Source: the human T2T-CHM13v2.0 reference genome, Homo sapiens. From it: DNA of 64,000 nucleotides. The stretch lies in the NCBI RefSeq assembly GCF_009914755.1, contig NC_060944.1. The stretch is one strand, 5' to 3'. How positions within the stretch are numbered: the first letter of the stretch is position 1; each line of letters begins with the position of its first letter. A program made the translations under genes and the position numbers. Positions 1 to 16,879 of the stretch are shown piece by piece. The notes below the pieces were generated by a model, which was given only the letters and a program-made list of their open reading frames with translations, made no database searches and had not been told where the DNA came from.

Positions 1-1055
1 CGTTGAGCATTTTGTCACATGTCTGTTGGCCATTTGTATGTCTTCTTTTGAGAGGTATCTACTCATGTCTTTTGGCTACTTTTTAATGGGATCTTTTTTT
101 TTAAACATTGAGTTGTTTGAGTTCTTGTATATTCTGATTATTAGTCCTCTGTCAGAAGAAAAGTTTGCAAATATTTTCTCCCATTCAACTGGTTGTCTGC
201 TCATTCTGTCAATTGTTTCCATTCCTGTGAAGCAGCTCTTTAGTTTAATAAGAGTCCTATTTGTCTCTTTTGGGATTTTTTGTCTGTGCTTTTGAGGTCC
301 TGGCCACAAAAATCTTTGCCTAAACCAATGTCCTGAAGTATTTTCCCTATGTTTTCTTCTAGTAGTTTTATAGTTTGGGGCCTTACATTTAAGATTTTAA
401 TCAATCTTGAATGGATTTTTATATATGAAGAGAGTCAGGCATTCAGTTTCATTCTTCTGCATATGAATATCTAATTTTCCCAGCAGCATTTATTGAAGAG
501 GGCGTCCCTTCCCCAATGTACGTTCTTAGAGCCTTTGTGAAAAATCAGTTGGCTATAAAGGTATGGATTTCTGGATTCTCTACTCTGTTCTATTGGTCTA
601 TATGCCTGTTTTTATCATAATGTTTTGGTTACTATAGGTTTGCAAGGTATTCTGAAGTCAAGTAGTGTGAAGTATTCAGCTTTGTTCTTTTTGCCAAGGA
701 TTGCGTTGGCTATTTGGGCTCTTTTGGGGTTCCATATAAATGTTAGGATTGTCTTTTCTATTACTGTGGAAAATATCATTGGTATTTGGTCAATAGGATT
801 GTTTTAAAGATACTAATTCTTCTGATCCATGAGCATGGGATGTCTTTCCATTTGTCTGTGTCCTCTTCAATTACTTTTATCAGTGTTTTGTAGCCTTCCT
901 AGTACAGGTCTTTCATCTCCTTGGTTAAATTTATTACTAGGTATTTCTTTTTAGCTATTGTAAATGGTGTTGCCTTCTTGATTTCTTTCTCCAGGCAGTT
1001 CATCATTGGTGTATAAAAATGCTACTAATTTTTACGTGTTGATTTTGTATCCTGG
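1..1055 (-). mobile_element. Old L1 (L1MA/L1PB-type) ORF2 fragment
   Basis: ORF 76..309(-) has [25 protein letters not shown], an L1 ORF2 C-terminal match; degenerate. Confidence 0.9.
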
Positions 1056-1950
1056 ATCAGGAATTTCCCTTAAGCAAGGTTTGGGATCTGAGCCCAGGTG
1101 AAACTCTAGAGAATTCTCCATTCTTATAGTCCAGGCACCAGCATTCTAACCACGGGAGACTTCTCTTTGTTTATAGGCAAGCCGTCAGCTTTCCATGTTG
1201 CTAAGGTGTTCGTTTTGCTCTTTGTAACCTCCTCCAGATTTCTGTGTCATGGAATATTTCTTCACTCTCTTACCCTGGCACTAGGCTTCTGTACAACACT
1301 GCCTGGCCCTTGATGAAGGCCCTGTACATGTTGGGAGCAGGAGAGGTTTTTTAAAATCTCTTTTGCTTTAATCCAGCCTTCTGTTGCAACTGTGTTGCAC
1401 TTGATAAAGGACCACTATGCTTCCGAGTTGTCTTGCGGCTCTCTTGCTATGCCTCTAGTCTTTCTCTGGCCACTGCCATGTATTTGGTGAAAATCTTATG
1501 CACCTTAATGAATCACTCACAATTCTTTGCTCTGCTCCAAGCTTTGGTGTGTTGCCACTTGATGAAGGCCTCACAGAGAAAAACTGGCGGTGGGTATAAG
1601 CTCTCTGTGAATGGAGTGTCTCAGGATTTTAATCTGTCACACCAGCTCACACACGGCCATAAAGATTTCATTAAAAATTTGGCTGATTTGTCTTTATATA
1701 CCTCTGTGTTGAGTTTGACTCCTCCTCCTGCTGCTCTGCCAGGGAATAAAGCAATCAGAGGTTTTTGTCTCCTAGGAAGGGCTTGTCTCTTTCTGGAATT
1801 TAGTTTACTTAGGTTTTTCTCTACCTAATAACTTCTCTGGATACTTTTTAAAAATTTATGATTCTATAGATTATGCAGCTCATTCACATAGTTGGGAGTA
1901 GAAGCAACAGTCTCTTGTAACTTTCTTCATTCTAATTAGAAGTGGAGTTT
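1056..1950 (-). mobile_element. Ancient L1M 5'-region remnant
   Basis: Repeated cttgatgaaggcc-like units (~1310, ~1400, ~1558) and an ending resembling antisense L1M 5' termini (ctttcttcattctaattagaagtggag). Confidence 0.5.
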
Positions 1951-2329
1951 CTTTGCACTTCTTTTGATAACCCCCCCTTGTGTACATCATGTTTTATACT
2001 TAAGTCTCCCTCCTATGGCTTTATGTGAGAGGTAAGTTTTAAGCCTAGGAAAAAGCACTCAGAAATCTCATCTCTGCTATCCTTTGTAAATATACATTCA
2101 CTAAGTTTTTTTTAAAGACCTGGAAACCATCTTCATGAAGATAAAACATGTTAGAACACAGTAGGTACTATATTGGTATTACAAAAATCCTACTGAAAAT
2201 TAAGTGGCAACATATTTGTTTATGTAATCTGGAATGTTGAATTTGGAATTCTGCAGATTGGAAGCAACAACAAGGACTTAATGGGGTCTAGTCATCTGTA
2301 TTGAGACAGATAAGGTTTTGCTTCCTCGT

Positions 2330-2490
2330 TCTTATCATATCATATCACAGGAAAGGCTTAAGGCAAGGTAAGGATTTCTTATTCTCATATTACAGATGAG
2401 GCCTCTGGGATCCAGAGGCAGAGTGATCAAACCACAGCTCACAGTGTGCATGGAGTGGGAGGGCAACCCAGGCTCCAACTTCCTGGCACT
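2330..2490 (+). mobile_element. MIR SINE
   Basis: Core attctcatattacagatgaggcctctgg matches the MIR core. Confidence 0.75.
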
Positions 2491-3134
2491 GCACCCATCC
2501 CAATACTTATTTATTTTAACTGCATGGCCCAAAGAACTAGTCAGATGTGCCAAGAACAGAAATCCTGGCACGACCTCATGAGGTTTCGAAGACTTCATGG
2601 CATTAAAATAGAAAATGTTAAAAACAAAATGTAAATATCATTGAGTTACCACCCAGTGCCCTGTGCTTTCCCTAGGTGAGGGAAATATGGTATGGGCAAC
2701 ATCTGTCCTGTTTCATTACCATGTGTCAGAGTATGACACAGGGTTTGTCACACAAGGCAGAGAAACATCACAAATAAATATTTGTTGAGTAAATTTTTTT
2801 TTTTAAGAAAAGCTGAGTAATATAACAAAAAACATCCCAAGAGGACAGCACCTTGATTATGAAAAAGCTTAGTCTCTCTTAGATCCCACTGGAAAACAAG
2901 GAACTATCATAGAAATATTTTGCAAAATATTTGTAATGGGATGTGTTATCTGAATTTTGGTCATTCTAGTCAGGAATTCAAAATGAGAAAAAGGCAATAG
3001 TTTGGGGGAATGTAATCATTCATCCAATGCAGACTTGGTTATAAACCAAGGGTGATATTTTTTGAACTGCATCATTTCAAGTACAAGACCCAAAGAACTA
3101 ATCAAATGTGCCACAAGACCCAAGAGTGACATTT

Positions 3135-3910
3135 AAAAAATTTTTAATTTGAAAATAATTTAAGAATTACACAATCGTTCCGGGAAGATCTATACATCCT
3201 TTACCAAGGTTCACCTACTGTTAACATTTTGCTCCATTTGCTTTGCAATTTGCTGTTGCTCTATCCATCCATTCATCCACATAATATATTTTTCTGACCC
3301 ACTGAGAAAATATTGTCCATATTATGGCCCTTTACCCCTAGATGCATTAGTGTGTATTTCATAAGAATAAAAATATTATACACCACAGTACAGTAATCAA
3401 CTTCAGTAAGTTTAACCATGATAAAACACTTTTTACTAACCATATTCCAATTTTGTAAATTGACCTAATAATGCATTTATAGCATTTTTCTGATATAGGA
3501 TCTAGTCTAGGACCAGTTACTGCATTTAGTTGTCACATCTCTTTAGAATTATTTCCTCTGGAACATTTCTGCAGCCTGTCTTTTATGACATTGACATTAT
3601 TGAAGAACACGTTTCTTTCTTTCTTTCTTCACAGAATGTTCCTCATTTTAAATGTGTCTGATGTTTCTTCACAGTTAGGTTCAGGTTATACATTTCCAGA
3701 TGGAATACTACACAAGTGATACTGTATCCTCAAGTTATCATAGCCAGAGGCACATATTGTCCATCTGCCCCTCATTGGTGGTATTAATTCTGATCACATG
3801 GTCAAGGTGTTGCCTGGTTTCTCCATTATATAGTTATTATTTTTCCCTGCAACTAATAAGAAGTCTGTGGAGAGACACTTAAAGACTATAAAATAGTCTG
3901 CTCCTCCTCA
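3135..3910 (-). mobile_element. L1MC (L1MC4/5-like) 3' end
   Basis: Typical antisense L1MC 3'UTR (tcacctactgttaacattttgctccatttgc ... gtggagagacactt); reverse complement aligns by eye to 8060-8870. Confidence 0.8.
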
Positions 3911-5456
3911 AGGAAATTTTTATAACAGTATTTTCACTGTGGTTATAAAAAGTGACCTCTACATAATAAAAGAAACCTAATTTCATGTATTATAGCTGAA
4001 TAAGTTCCATGCCAGTTTTAACACCTGTTTCTATTACAGTAGTCCATGCACACTGGGTGTTTATTAAAAACTCTTCATTAACTGTCTGCTATCTGGGTAG
4101 GATACGGACAATCTGTTTTTAAAATCCAACTGGTACTGATGCCCTAATTTTGGCTCCTTAAAAATAAATCTTTATCTTATGTTATCAAAGCAGTTTAGAA
4201 ATTAAATTAAATGATTTAATTGCAAGAACATTCTTTAAAAAAAAAAGACTTGTAAAAGAACCTACCTCTATTTATTCAAATTATACATGCATTCTGGTTA
4301 CAATGATACTGATTATTATCCAGCCTTTTCTACGCAATATGATTTTTAGCTAAGCTTTAATTCAAGGCTTTAACTTGGGATTAAACACAACTAGCTCATA
4401 TATGTTCAAATGGCCAGGTGGCCTCAGTTTCTGAGTTTGGTAACAAGCAGAAGGAAGACAATTTTTGAAAACAAGGGCACAAGTGTTTTAACTTTTAAAA
4501 ATAGTTTTTAAATTTTAAATATTTTAAGATGCCTTCTTACTCATTTCGCTACCACGGCTCTCAACATTATGGAGGAACATGTTTCGGAAACCAGTCATGA
4601 TGCTGAACAGGTATGCCACTAGTTAGTTCAACTATTCTTTTATAGAAGTCAGGAAACCAGAGGGAGAGGAAGGTCCAAAGCTTAAACAGAATACAAACAT
4701 TGTTATAGCCCCTTTTCTCTTTTGAGCTCAGCCTCTCATCTATAACTTTGTCTTACTTGCAATACAAAAAAATTCTAGCATTTATAACAAAAGAGATAAT
4801 TTTTCTTTTTGATCAATAAAATTCCGCAGCCAAATCATTAGTGTTTTTGTTTTGGGGTTTTCTTTTTTTTTTTTTTTTTTCCTTGAAAGTATTTGTAGTC
4901 ACAGGCTCAAAGGAGAAAGGAAGGAAGAGGGATTAACTCTCCTCAAGGAAGGTCAAAAACATAATTTACAAGAGAGGCAAGAGGACCAGCTGTATCTGCT
5001 GGCCCAATTGACTACCAGCTGGAGAATTTACCAGCAATAAGAAAACCATGTCTACCAGATGTCAAGCAATATAACTGGAGGCCAAATATCTTCGGGCTCA
5101 TAGCAGGACTCTACACTCTTTCCTACCTATATTTCACATTAAATAGTAAGGTGTCTTTCACGGGCCACCAGCAAGGATAACAAAAAATTTCCACACAAGG
5201 GACTTAATAACATAATCATACCCCATCAGACTGGCTTCAGTGCTGACGTCCACCTCAAACATGCTCTTTTGTTAAAAAGCAATCTTAGTTCTGAATCAAT
5301 ATTAAGGGGACAGAGAAACTGAAATGGCTTCAAGCTACTGTTAGGCAAGGATTCTTGGGGTTTATCAGGCTTGTTTTATGTATGGGAACTGTTTTGTCAC
5401 TGAGAAGAAATGAATCTGAAAATATGAATAATCATTTTCATACTTATTCATTAAAC

Positions 5457-5651
5457 CTGTGCTGTTCAATATGGTAGCCACGAGCCACATGTGGCTATTT
5501 AAATTTAAATTAAGTAAAATTTAAAATTCAGCTCCTCCATCAAACTAGCCACATTTAAGTGCTCAATAACCACATGTGGCTAGTAGCTTCCCTGTTGGAA
5601 AACAGAGATATAAAATGTTTACATCACACAAAATTCTATTAGACAGTGCTG
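5457..5651 (-). mobile_element. MER3 (hAT-Charlie MITE), near full length
   Basis: ctgtgctgttcaatatggtagccacgagccacatgtggctatttaaatttaaatt ... ctattagacagtgctg; internal palindromic agccacatgtggct. Confidence 0.9.
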
Positions 5652-6866
5652 TTCTAAACCCTTAAATCACCTTTAAAATGGACAATTATATTTCCATTCT
5701 ATATAAATTATGAAATAAAGCAATATTTTATGTATTCTCTTAGGAAACAGGTCTACTAACACAATAGGAATATTGTACCAGATGAAGGTGAAGCAAAGGG
5801 GGAGGGTGGATCTCAGCAAAATTTTCACAATATAAGTCAATCCTTGTCTGAATAAATGTTCTTTACACTACTCACAAAAGTTCTGTGGAGCTACAGGCTG
5901 GCTGGATAATATACAAAGGATAGTCAGGATAGGTATTACATGACAAATAAGCAATAAAGTGTTCTTTATTATATTTATCCTTTATGATTCAATCTGTATC
6001 AGACTGCTCATATCAGAAGTTTTCCTATTTTATATGTCAAAATGTGCAAAATAAATCATTTCTTTTAAAAACAATGCTGCACAACTTCACAGCTTTATAA
6101 CTGAGGTACTTTAATGCCAAGTAAACATCACAGGCCACAGCTGTTTCTAAAAAATTTATGAACAAGAAGAACATGAGGCCAATATAAAATAAAATCCACA
6201 AATCATGTTGCTTATTCCCAGGCTCAACCATCATGAGTCCAGGGAAGCAAAGCAACTCCGGAGATAGTATGTGGATGCCTATGTGATTATTGCAACTCAC
6301 TGAGCGACGAGTGCCACAGGCATGTGGGACATGGACAGAGACCTTTAATTCTGCCCATGAAGACACCAGGTCAGGGCATGACAGAACACACTGAAAGGTG
6401 AGACAGGTCATATTTGCAAGCATGTCAGCCACCTGTGCCATCAAACATGCAGGATGCTTTCTAGGGTTAAAGCTTGTTTGACTCAGTTTCCTTTATTCCA
6501 ACACTTCTTGCAGAAACATCCATCTATGTCAGCTCATCAGCTTCACTCCCATTTTCTCTTCCCAAACCCCAGTTTCCTCTTCTCTACTTATTCACAATGG
6601 GCAAAAAGGAACAAGCTGGGGGCTGTGGGGGAAAGTGGGCAGGCTCCTCCTAATGCTCCCCTGCTGTGTCACCAAAAGCAAAATAGATATGCTGGTTTTC
6701 TCTGGAGCTGTTAGCATTGTTAACTGTTCTTATTCGGATGCTTATGAAGACCACAAAGCTACTGCCCAAAAAAAGCTGAAAAAATTCATCCACATCAACT
6801 TAGCTGGTTAGAGGTTTATGCGATGGCTACAAGGTTTTCAGGTTATGACCGTTTTTTCCCACTTAC

Positions 6867-6940
6867 CTTGGCTTTCCCATCCTGGGCTGACATATATCCG
6901 ACACACATGCTCTCCGTCGTGTGGCTCCACAGAAATTCCA
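6867..6940 (-). CDS. TASP1: TASP1 internal coding exon (probably exon 13), 74 nt, phase 1-0
   Basis: Minus strand: acceptor gttctcttttatggcag|TGGAATTT, donor GCCAAG|gtaagt. Translates (V)EFLWSHTTESMCVGYMSAQDGKAK, continuing Taspase 1. Confidence 0.96.
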
Positions 6941-7339
6941 CTGCCATAAAAGAGAACACAAATAGGCACATTCAGATCACAGATGGAAAATAAATCTTTG
7001 CTTTTTAATAGAACAGTTAAAGATAGCTTTATATTTAACACACTCAGTTCCCCACTTTCCATTTGCTTGTTCATAAATGTCAAGATGATTTATCACTAAA
7101 ACTGTGTAATGCCATTTACTGTGAAATGAAAAATGTATCTCTTTCCTGTCAAAAGTTATGATTATTACATGTAAAATAAATGCTCTTCTGTTTGACTCTT
7201 GTAACATTAAATGCACACACACACACTCGTACATACGGTACACAGTGATTTTGTAAATGTAATATTCCATAGTGTGTTTTATTTTAAAACACGTGCATGC
7301 ACACACACACACATACACACACACCAGGTCTTAATTTCT

Positions 7340-8870
<1,531 letters not shown>

Positions 8871-10099
8871 AAACTGCAAACATCCAGGGATGCCCACAAA
8901 GCTCTGTCACATTCCAGTACACAGCATCAAAATTCTGAGTTTTCGAAGGCATTTTTAAAGTTGTAATGTACTCCAATAAAAATTTCAAAAGTCCCTGATA
9001 ATAAAACTGCATTGCTCAACACTAAACCCTGTCCCCCAGGCCATCCATCTGTTTATATCTCTAAGCTAGTTAAGCCTGGAGACAAGCGTTTGAGTTGAGA
9101 CCCAACTGTGTGATCCATGATCCTAGCCTCTGAAGGCTTTGCCAGACATGTGGGGAAGAAAGAGGCAGTAAGGGGCAAAATGGAGTTCCTCAGATACATG
9201 GCTCATTCCCTTATCATTAATTAGTTATCAAACCTGCCAACCTGCTCAACAGACGCTCCACTGAAGAGTGAAGGAAAAGTGTCACGCAATGAAGCAAGTT
9301 CTCTTCACCAGATGTTTTTTCGTCCACACACATCTGCTTTAAACTTCAAAAATCTTGACATCCAGAGCAAGGTCTGGGATAGTCTAACTTGCCTAACAGA
9401 GGAAAGGCACTCAAGTCTTACTGAAGTTCTCTAGAGTAGTGACAATACATTTTATTCAAATACAAAGTTAAAGCATTTCTAAAACTGCACCTTTTCCTCA
9501 TGCCCCGAATATTAAGGGGGCAACTGCTCAGGAATTAGCCAAGAAAAATCATAAAAATATAGCCAATATGACCATGAGAGCAAAGGATAAAGACATTACC
9601 CTTTATTTTTTAAATATCATTTTAATGATTTTTAAATGTATTATTCTCCCTATAAATGTAGTCTGCTTTCAAAAAATGGAATAAACATAAAAATTTAGAC
9701 TTACAAAAGAGGATAAATTAGAATACACTGATGAACTTCATTAAATGACTATTTTTATATGAATGGTTTTCAATAAAATTTCTAGATCTAGTGTTTAGGA
9801 GTTTTTAAAGAAAATAACTCAATGTCTAAAATTTCACTCTTCACTGTTTTCACAAACATTTATCCCATCCCACAGTAAAAGGCAAAGCATTGTACTGACA
9901 CATTTTTTAATAATGACAATTCAAATCAGTTTTCAGTTATTAATTCACGCTAGCTTGAAAATCTCAGAAGAAATTGTCTAGAATTTAAATTATAAAACAC
10001 TTTTAAGAGAAATTATTTCATTACTTGTAGTACATGCATAATGCAAGTTAATTTAACAAATTATTTCTTAGTGGAAGACTTCAGGGAAGCAGGACAAGG

Positions 10100-10275
10100 A
10101 GCAGCTAACACTTAGAATCTAAGATGTGCCAGGCATTGTCTTTCATAGCAGAACTCAGCAAAGCAGAAATGGGGAACCTGAGGCTCAGAGAAGGGAAGCA
10201 GTACGGTTTAAGTCATTTTACTAGGCACACAGACTGGATTTCAAGCTGGACTCTGGGATCACAAAGCCTGTGGTA
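10100..10275 (+). mobile_element. MIR SINE
   Basis: tgtgccaggcattg ... gaacctgaggctcagagaagg. Confidence 0.7.
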
Positions 10276-10526
10276 TTTCATTGTTATATTACTCTGAAAT
10301 CTACTCAGTATAGATAAGGATTTGTACTTGTTACACATTAAGAAGACCAAATTCCTTACAAACACCAAAAGACACGAAACATCAAACACAAACACCAAAT
10401 AACTCTTAAAACATTTTAAATCTCTCTTAAGGAAAGCTTTTAAACCATAACGAAACCCAGAGACCACAAAAGATGGCCAAGATCAATATATTTGACTAGT
10501 TAAAAAGTATTTATAGCGTTTTCCTT

Positions 10527-10792
10527 CTTTTTTTTTTTTTTTTTTTTTAAGACAGAGTTTTACTCTGTCACCTAGGCTGGAGTGCGGTGGCACAATCTCA
10601 GCTCACTACACCCTCCACCTCCCAGGTTCAAGCGATTCTCGATTCTCCTGCCTGGCTAATTTTTGTATTTTTAGTAGAGACAGGGTTTCACCATGTCAGC
10701 CAGGCTGGTTTCGAACTCTTGACCTCAGGTGATCCGCCCACCTCAGCTTTTCAAAGTGCTGGGATTACAGGAATGGGCCACCGCACCTGGCC
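10527..10792 (-). mobile_element. AluS with ~40 bp internal deletion
   Basis: Poly-T head, Alu consensus; tcctgcc joins directly to tggctaatttttg; 7-bp duplication gattctc at 10634-10647. Confidence 0.95.
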
Positions 10793-11189
10793 TGTTTAGA
10801 GTGTTTTTTTTTGCCATTTGGAGAAAAATGAAAGTCAAGAGATGAATGACAAATTTGGGGAAATATTTGCAATTCATAGCATAAACAAAAGGCTAATTTT
10901 CTTAATATTTAAAGATCTCCTACAAATCAATGAGACAAATATCCAAAGAAAATGCAAAAAGGATATGAACAAAAGGGAATATGAATGGCTCTAAAACATA
11001 TGAAAAGATAATTTACATTACTCATACTAAAATAAACGCAAATTAAAATCACAAGATACCATTATCAGGTTTCAGACTATTATCAGACTACCAGGTTTCA
11101 GATATCAAAAAGTTTGAAACAACATCGTGTTAGCTGGGAGTGGAGAAAAGAGCAGATTCATATAGCAGTGGTGGGAGTATGGCCATCTG

Positions 11190-12388
<1,199 letters not shown>

Positions 12389-12639
12389 TATTTATCAAAA
12401 TTACACACTCTTTGACCTAGCAATTCTATTTCTAGATATTTATTCCACAGATATGCCTTTATATATATAAAATAACATATTTATAAGAATCTTCATCAAA
12501 GTAGCTTTAATCAGCAAGAAACTGGAAACCAATTAATTGCCTATTGGACATATGTATAACTATGATACTGTATACAATGAAATACTATGTAACAATTAAA
12601 AACAAATGAGGAAGCTCTACATGGATATGGAACCAACTA

Positions 12640-12925
12640 CACTGTTTTTCAAACTTTTTGATCACAAACCACAGTAAAATCCAAAACCAAATCAAAACAA
12701 ACAACAACAAAAAAAACCCCACACATTGTCATTTACTACACACATCTATTTATAACTAAAATTTCACAAAGTAATAATTGCTCTTCTACTTAACAATGTA
12801 TTGATCTCTTCTACTGGGTTCTTTATAGTCTACTTATTGCTTTTTAACAATTCTGCTTGTGATTTACTAAATTGATTTAGAACTTATTAATGTGACATGC
12901 TGCAGTTTAAAAAAAAACACTAGTC
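12640..12925. mobile_element. hAT-Charlie type MITE
   Basis: Inverted termini cactgtttttcaaact ... cagtttaaaaaaaaacactag. Confidence 0.55.
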
Positions 12926-15900
12926 TACAAGATAGCTTGGCTAAAAAAAGAAAGGTAAGGTGGAGAATAATGTATAGATATGGTTCTGCCATTTTTGTGA
13001 AATAAAATAAAAGACGATCATGTATGAACATGCTTGTAAGTACATAGAGTCTCTCTGGAAGACTATCTTAGCAACTGGCAGCAACGGTTCCTCCTGTAGA
13101 GGGAACTAGTTGAGTAAGGAACTTGAGTGAAGGGCAACCTATTTTTCACCACCTTCTGAAACTTCTGAATTTGATCCTGTTTTCATATATTTCCTATTTT
13201 TTAATGCCTCTAAAAATCTTGATTACCCTGTTAACCTACAATATATATGAAGAATTTCTTCCCTGTTTAGATGAAGACATTCTGATTTTAGCATATATTT
13301 TAATTGTCCCTCATTAGAATGTATTATCATGATGTGAAACTAGTCTAAAACGTCCAATTTGTTTCTTGTCTCATGATTATCTAAAACATAAGCAAATCTT
13401 AGGATGGGGCATGAAGAAGCCTCTACTTCCATTTACACCAAACACATATACTTAAGGCAAAATCTGCTATGTTCAAAGGGCAATCAAAACAAACAGAACA
13501 AAACAAACACGCACTGTACCTGACAACTTCCTCAAGCTGCTTTTCCATCAGAAATTTTAAAAGGTCAAAATCATTATAAGTTTTTTTTAAAATAAATAGA
13601 GACATTTGTGAGTAAGTTTTATCTCACAAAAAAGCTTTCAAAATGTGTTATTAGTTAAGTCCTAATGTATAATTAAAACTCAGCAAAGAGTAGTACAAAG
13701 TTTGCTCAAATACGGTTACATAGAAAAATTTAAAATCTCAGTAAAAGAGTAGCATTTACCATCAGTGATATCTGGAAGTCTATAATGTGTCTCCTGATTT
13801 TGAGTACTTAATTGAAATTCTTCCATGTACTGAAAATTGAAGTTTATGGTAAGAGTATTAAAAGATAATTCTAATAACACAGCAAACCTGGGAAATGCTA
13901 CTTCATAGCACTGGAATTTTTCCAGGTGTAATGATTACATGAGGAAGACCATGAACTCCAGCAACACGCAGGGTAAATGAGTGGCCTGAAGTGACACATC
14001 TGAGCCTGTGAAAGCGCTGGCTATAACAGTCTCGGTGTGGTCAAGCTCAAGCTTATTTCCATCTAGAGAAGCTTCTAGCCTTTCAGTAATGACCATTTTC
14101 CTTTGGTAGTGACTAGTAACTGTTTATAACCTCAACTACTGATTGAAAAATGCTTATGTTCTTTAGAAGGCCAAAGCCCAGGGCTTTGTGGGACTTCTAG
14201 AAATGCCCAGACCACGAAAAGATTCTCATCAGAAAACATTAACAACACACTAAAATAAGATTCTGAGTAGGTTTAACATGTGAAACATAGACACAGAGAT
14301 TTGGCACAATTCTTCTCCATCAAGTGGCTTCTTAACATATCATGTCATACAAATGCAATGTGAGAAAACGTACACACCATTGATCCTGTTCCAACATTGG
14401 AGAATGGCTTAGATAGGGATGAGCTGCACGTGTGCACTTCATAAATGATGGATTAATTGCATTATAAGAACCTTCAGGATGTATTTGTACTTAATCTTAG
14501 AGGCTAGGCTTTCCAGAAAGTTGTATTTAAGAATTTGGAACAAGTAAATTTATATGCCCAACACCGGTACTACTTCAGTTTTGGTGGAGCTCTGCTATAT
14601 AAAGCAGCCCTTAATCCCCAATGCAAGGCTTTGCCTCCTAGTGGCATTTAAATCACCAGCTTTATGGGTTAAAAGAGCTACAAGCTACCTCTCTCATGAT
14701 GTTTTCCCCAGGATACTTCTCTTTCAAAATCATCCACATATCATCCTGTTTAAATTAAGTCAGACAAAACCATTTCCTTACCAGGTTGCAAGTAAGTTTT
14801 TTCTATCCAAATGGATTCTTTTTTCTGACCAGAAAGAAGTCATCAGTCACTCTCCTCCTCTTTAAAAATATATATACATATATTGTCCTCCAATTGTTGT
14901 TAACAACCCCCAGCTGCACTGGCTCCCACACCCACTGAAAACCTCTCTGCTTAGCTTCACATCCCAGACTTGCTTGCAAGGAAAACAGAACTCCAAAATC
15001 AGAACCGTCTTGGGCTGGGCAGTTGCCAAGTTAGCTGCCACTCTTGAGCCTTAGGTCAAATGGCATGCCCTGGGACATTTTGCACAGTATTTAAGTTACT
15101 CCTTATTGAATAAAGAGAAATTCATTTTTTAAATGGGAAGAATGAGGCACTGTAAATAGAACAGCCTCCTCTTATCACTGTAGATTTTTGCCCCTGGTTG
15201 TTAGGGTCTTTATAACCAGCAGGGTGTTTATCTTTAGAAAAAAAAAATGCAAAGACGCTTTACTGTCTTGACATGGAATCCTTAAGACTCATATAATGCA
15301 TGTCCCATTATGGCCATGAAGAAACTTTGACTTGGCATGCTTCCCTGAAAAACTTTCACCACTTAACTGTCTTGGGAGCAACGGGGATTGAGTTCTATAG
15401 AATCCTGGTTACACTAAGCCAAGAAAATAATCATTCCCTCTTTCTAAGGCTTGTTTAGATTTGTTCAAGACTAACTAACAAAGGATGCTGACTGAAAAGA
15501 GGAGGATGTGGGTCAAATAGTAACAAAAGTCCTGGAGGACACTTCAGTTATCTTCCTGTTTTATCCTTTTATTGTATTAGAAGCTGCTGGAAACAGGGCC
15601 ACTTGGTTGGGACTTGGAAGTTCTCTGGTGAACAGAAAACCATTCAGTAAAACAAGTTTTATTAAAACGCAATTTTATTCATTCAACCAACACATTTTTA
15701 GGATTTATTTCATGGTAAACTCTATTATCCTTTGAGCAGATGAAACTGACTATAAAATTTCCTGAGTGTAATAAGAATTACATAGTCATTAGAATTCTAT
15801 TCATAAATTTTTGTATTCTATATTTCAGATGGAAAACTTTGTGAGCCAAAAAATAATATTTCTTGGCAAGATAATCACTAGAACTATACTTCTCATGATG

Positions 15901-16879
15901 GAGAAGAAAATTACAGATGAAAATCTATTTCCAATATTCAGAGTATATTAGTGATACAATATATAGAGATATGTTCATGATTTAAAGGAAAGAAAGTCCT
16001 GGTATAAACAAAGTGTCAGATTATAGATACTTGCAATCAATATCTTTGTATTATAAAACCAAAACTAATTCTGAAAATATTAATCTCAGAGCACTACTTC
16101 ATCAGATTAATGCTACTCTTCATTGTTGAAAAGTTTAAATATCATGTCTGCCTCATTCACCTTGCATCTAAGTTACTTACTGTTCTTCATTCCATCTGAT
16201 CCTTAAATAAGAACTAAAATGTGGCTTATCTCTTAAGAGATATCTTCACTATAGTGAAGATGTAACAATTCCAAAACATTGCTGAGGCAACTAAAGAAAT
16301 GAGCTTCCAACCATGACAATGGACTGTCACGTAGAACAAAGTTTTAATTCCATTCTTAAGATAAAGTTATTAACATCAGACAAACATCTATAAATACCTC
16401 TTTTCCCACTACCAGCCTAAAAGCTAATTTGTGTTCTCTTTGATGGTTATGTTTATGATCATGTGAGCCCAGCAGAAATGCCTAGTCATAAGTGCTCACT
16501 GTAGCATGTGCCATGTAATGGAAATAAGTGATATTGCTGGTGCCCTGAGAATGAAGCTCCTTTGAAGTACATGTGTTTATATGTGCTCGCCAAATTTTTA
16601 ATACCAGTAAAACCAAAAGGCGGTTTGGAATTTTAACTTACAGTAAAATAACCTTTTATCTTTTTAATGTTCCAGGAAGCATCAATTCAATTTAACATTT
16701 TTTATTTTGAAACCACAGCATACTTTGGTAACAGCAACAAAACAAAGTACTCGATAAAGAACTTTGCCTATTCTGAAAAGAGGGAGGAAAATACTGCATT
16801 TGAGTTCTAATTGGCCACAGTAAAACAGTTTGATTTGATAGAGCTATGTCTACAATGATAAAATAACTCATTATCCTTT

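Noticed and set aside
1433-1828. 131-aa ORF
   Set aside because: Within a probable L1M remnant; no homology recognised.
4574-4584. p53 half-site gaacatgttt
   Set aside because: No adjacent second half-site.
6037-6444. 135-aa minus-strand ORF in unique sequence
   Set aside because: No recognisable domain, no clear splice sites, length within chance expectation.
6838-7083. 81-aa minus-strand ORF overlapping the 74-nt exon
   Set aside because: Different frame from Taspase 1 and runs through both splice sites; incidental.
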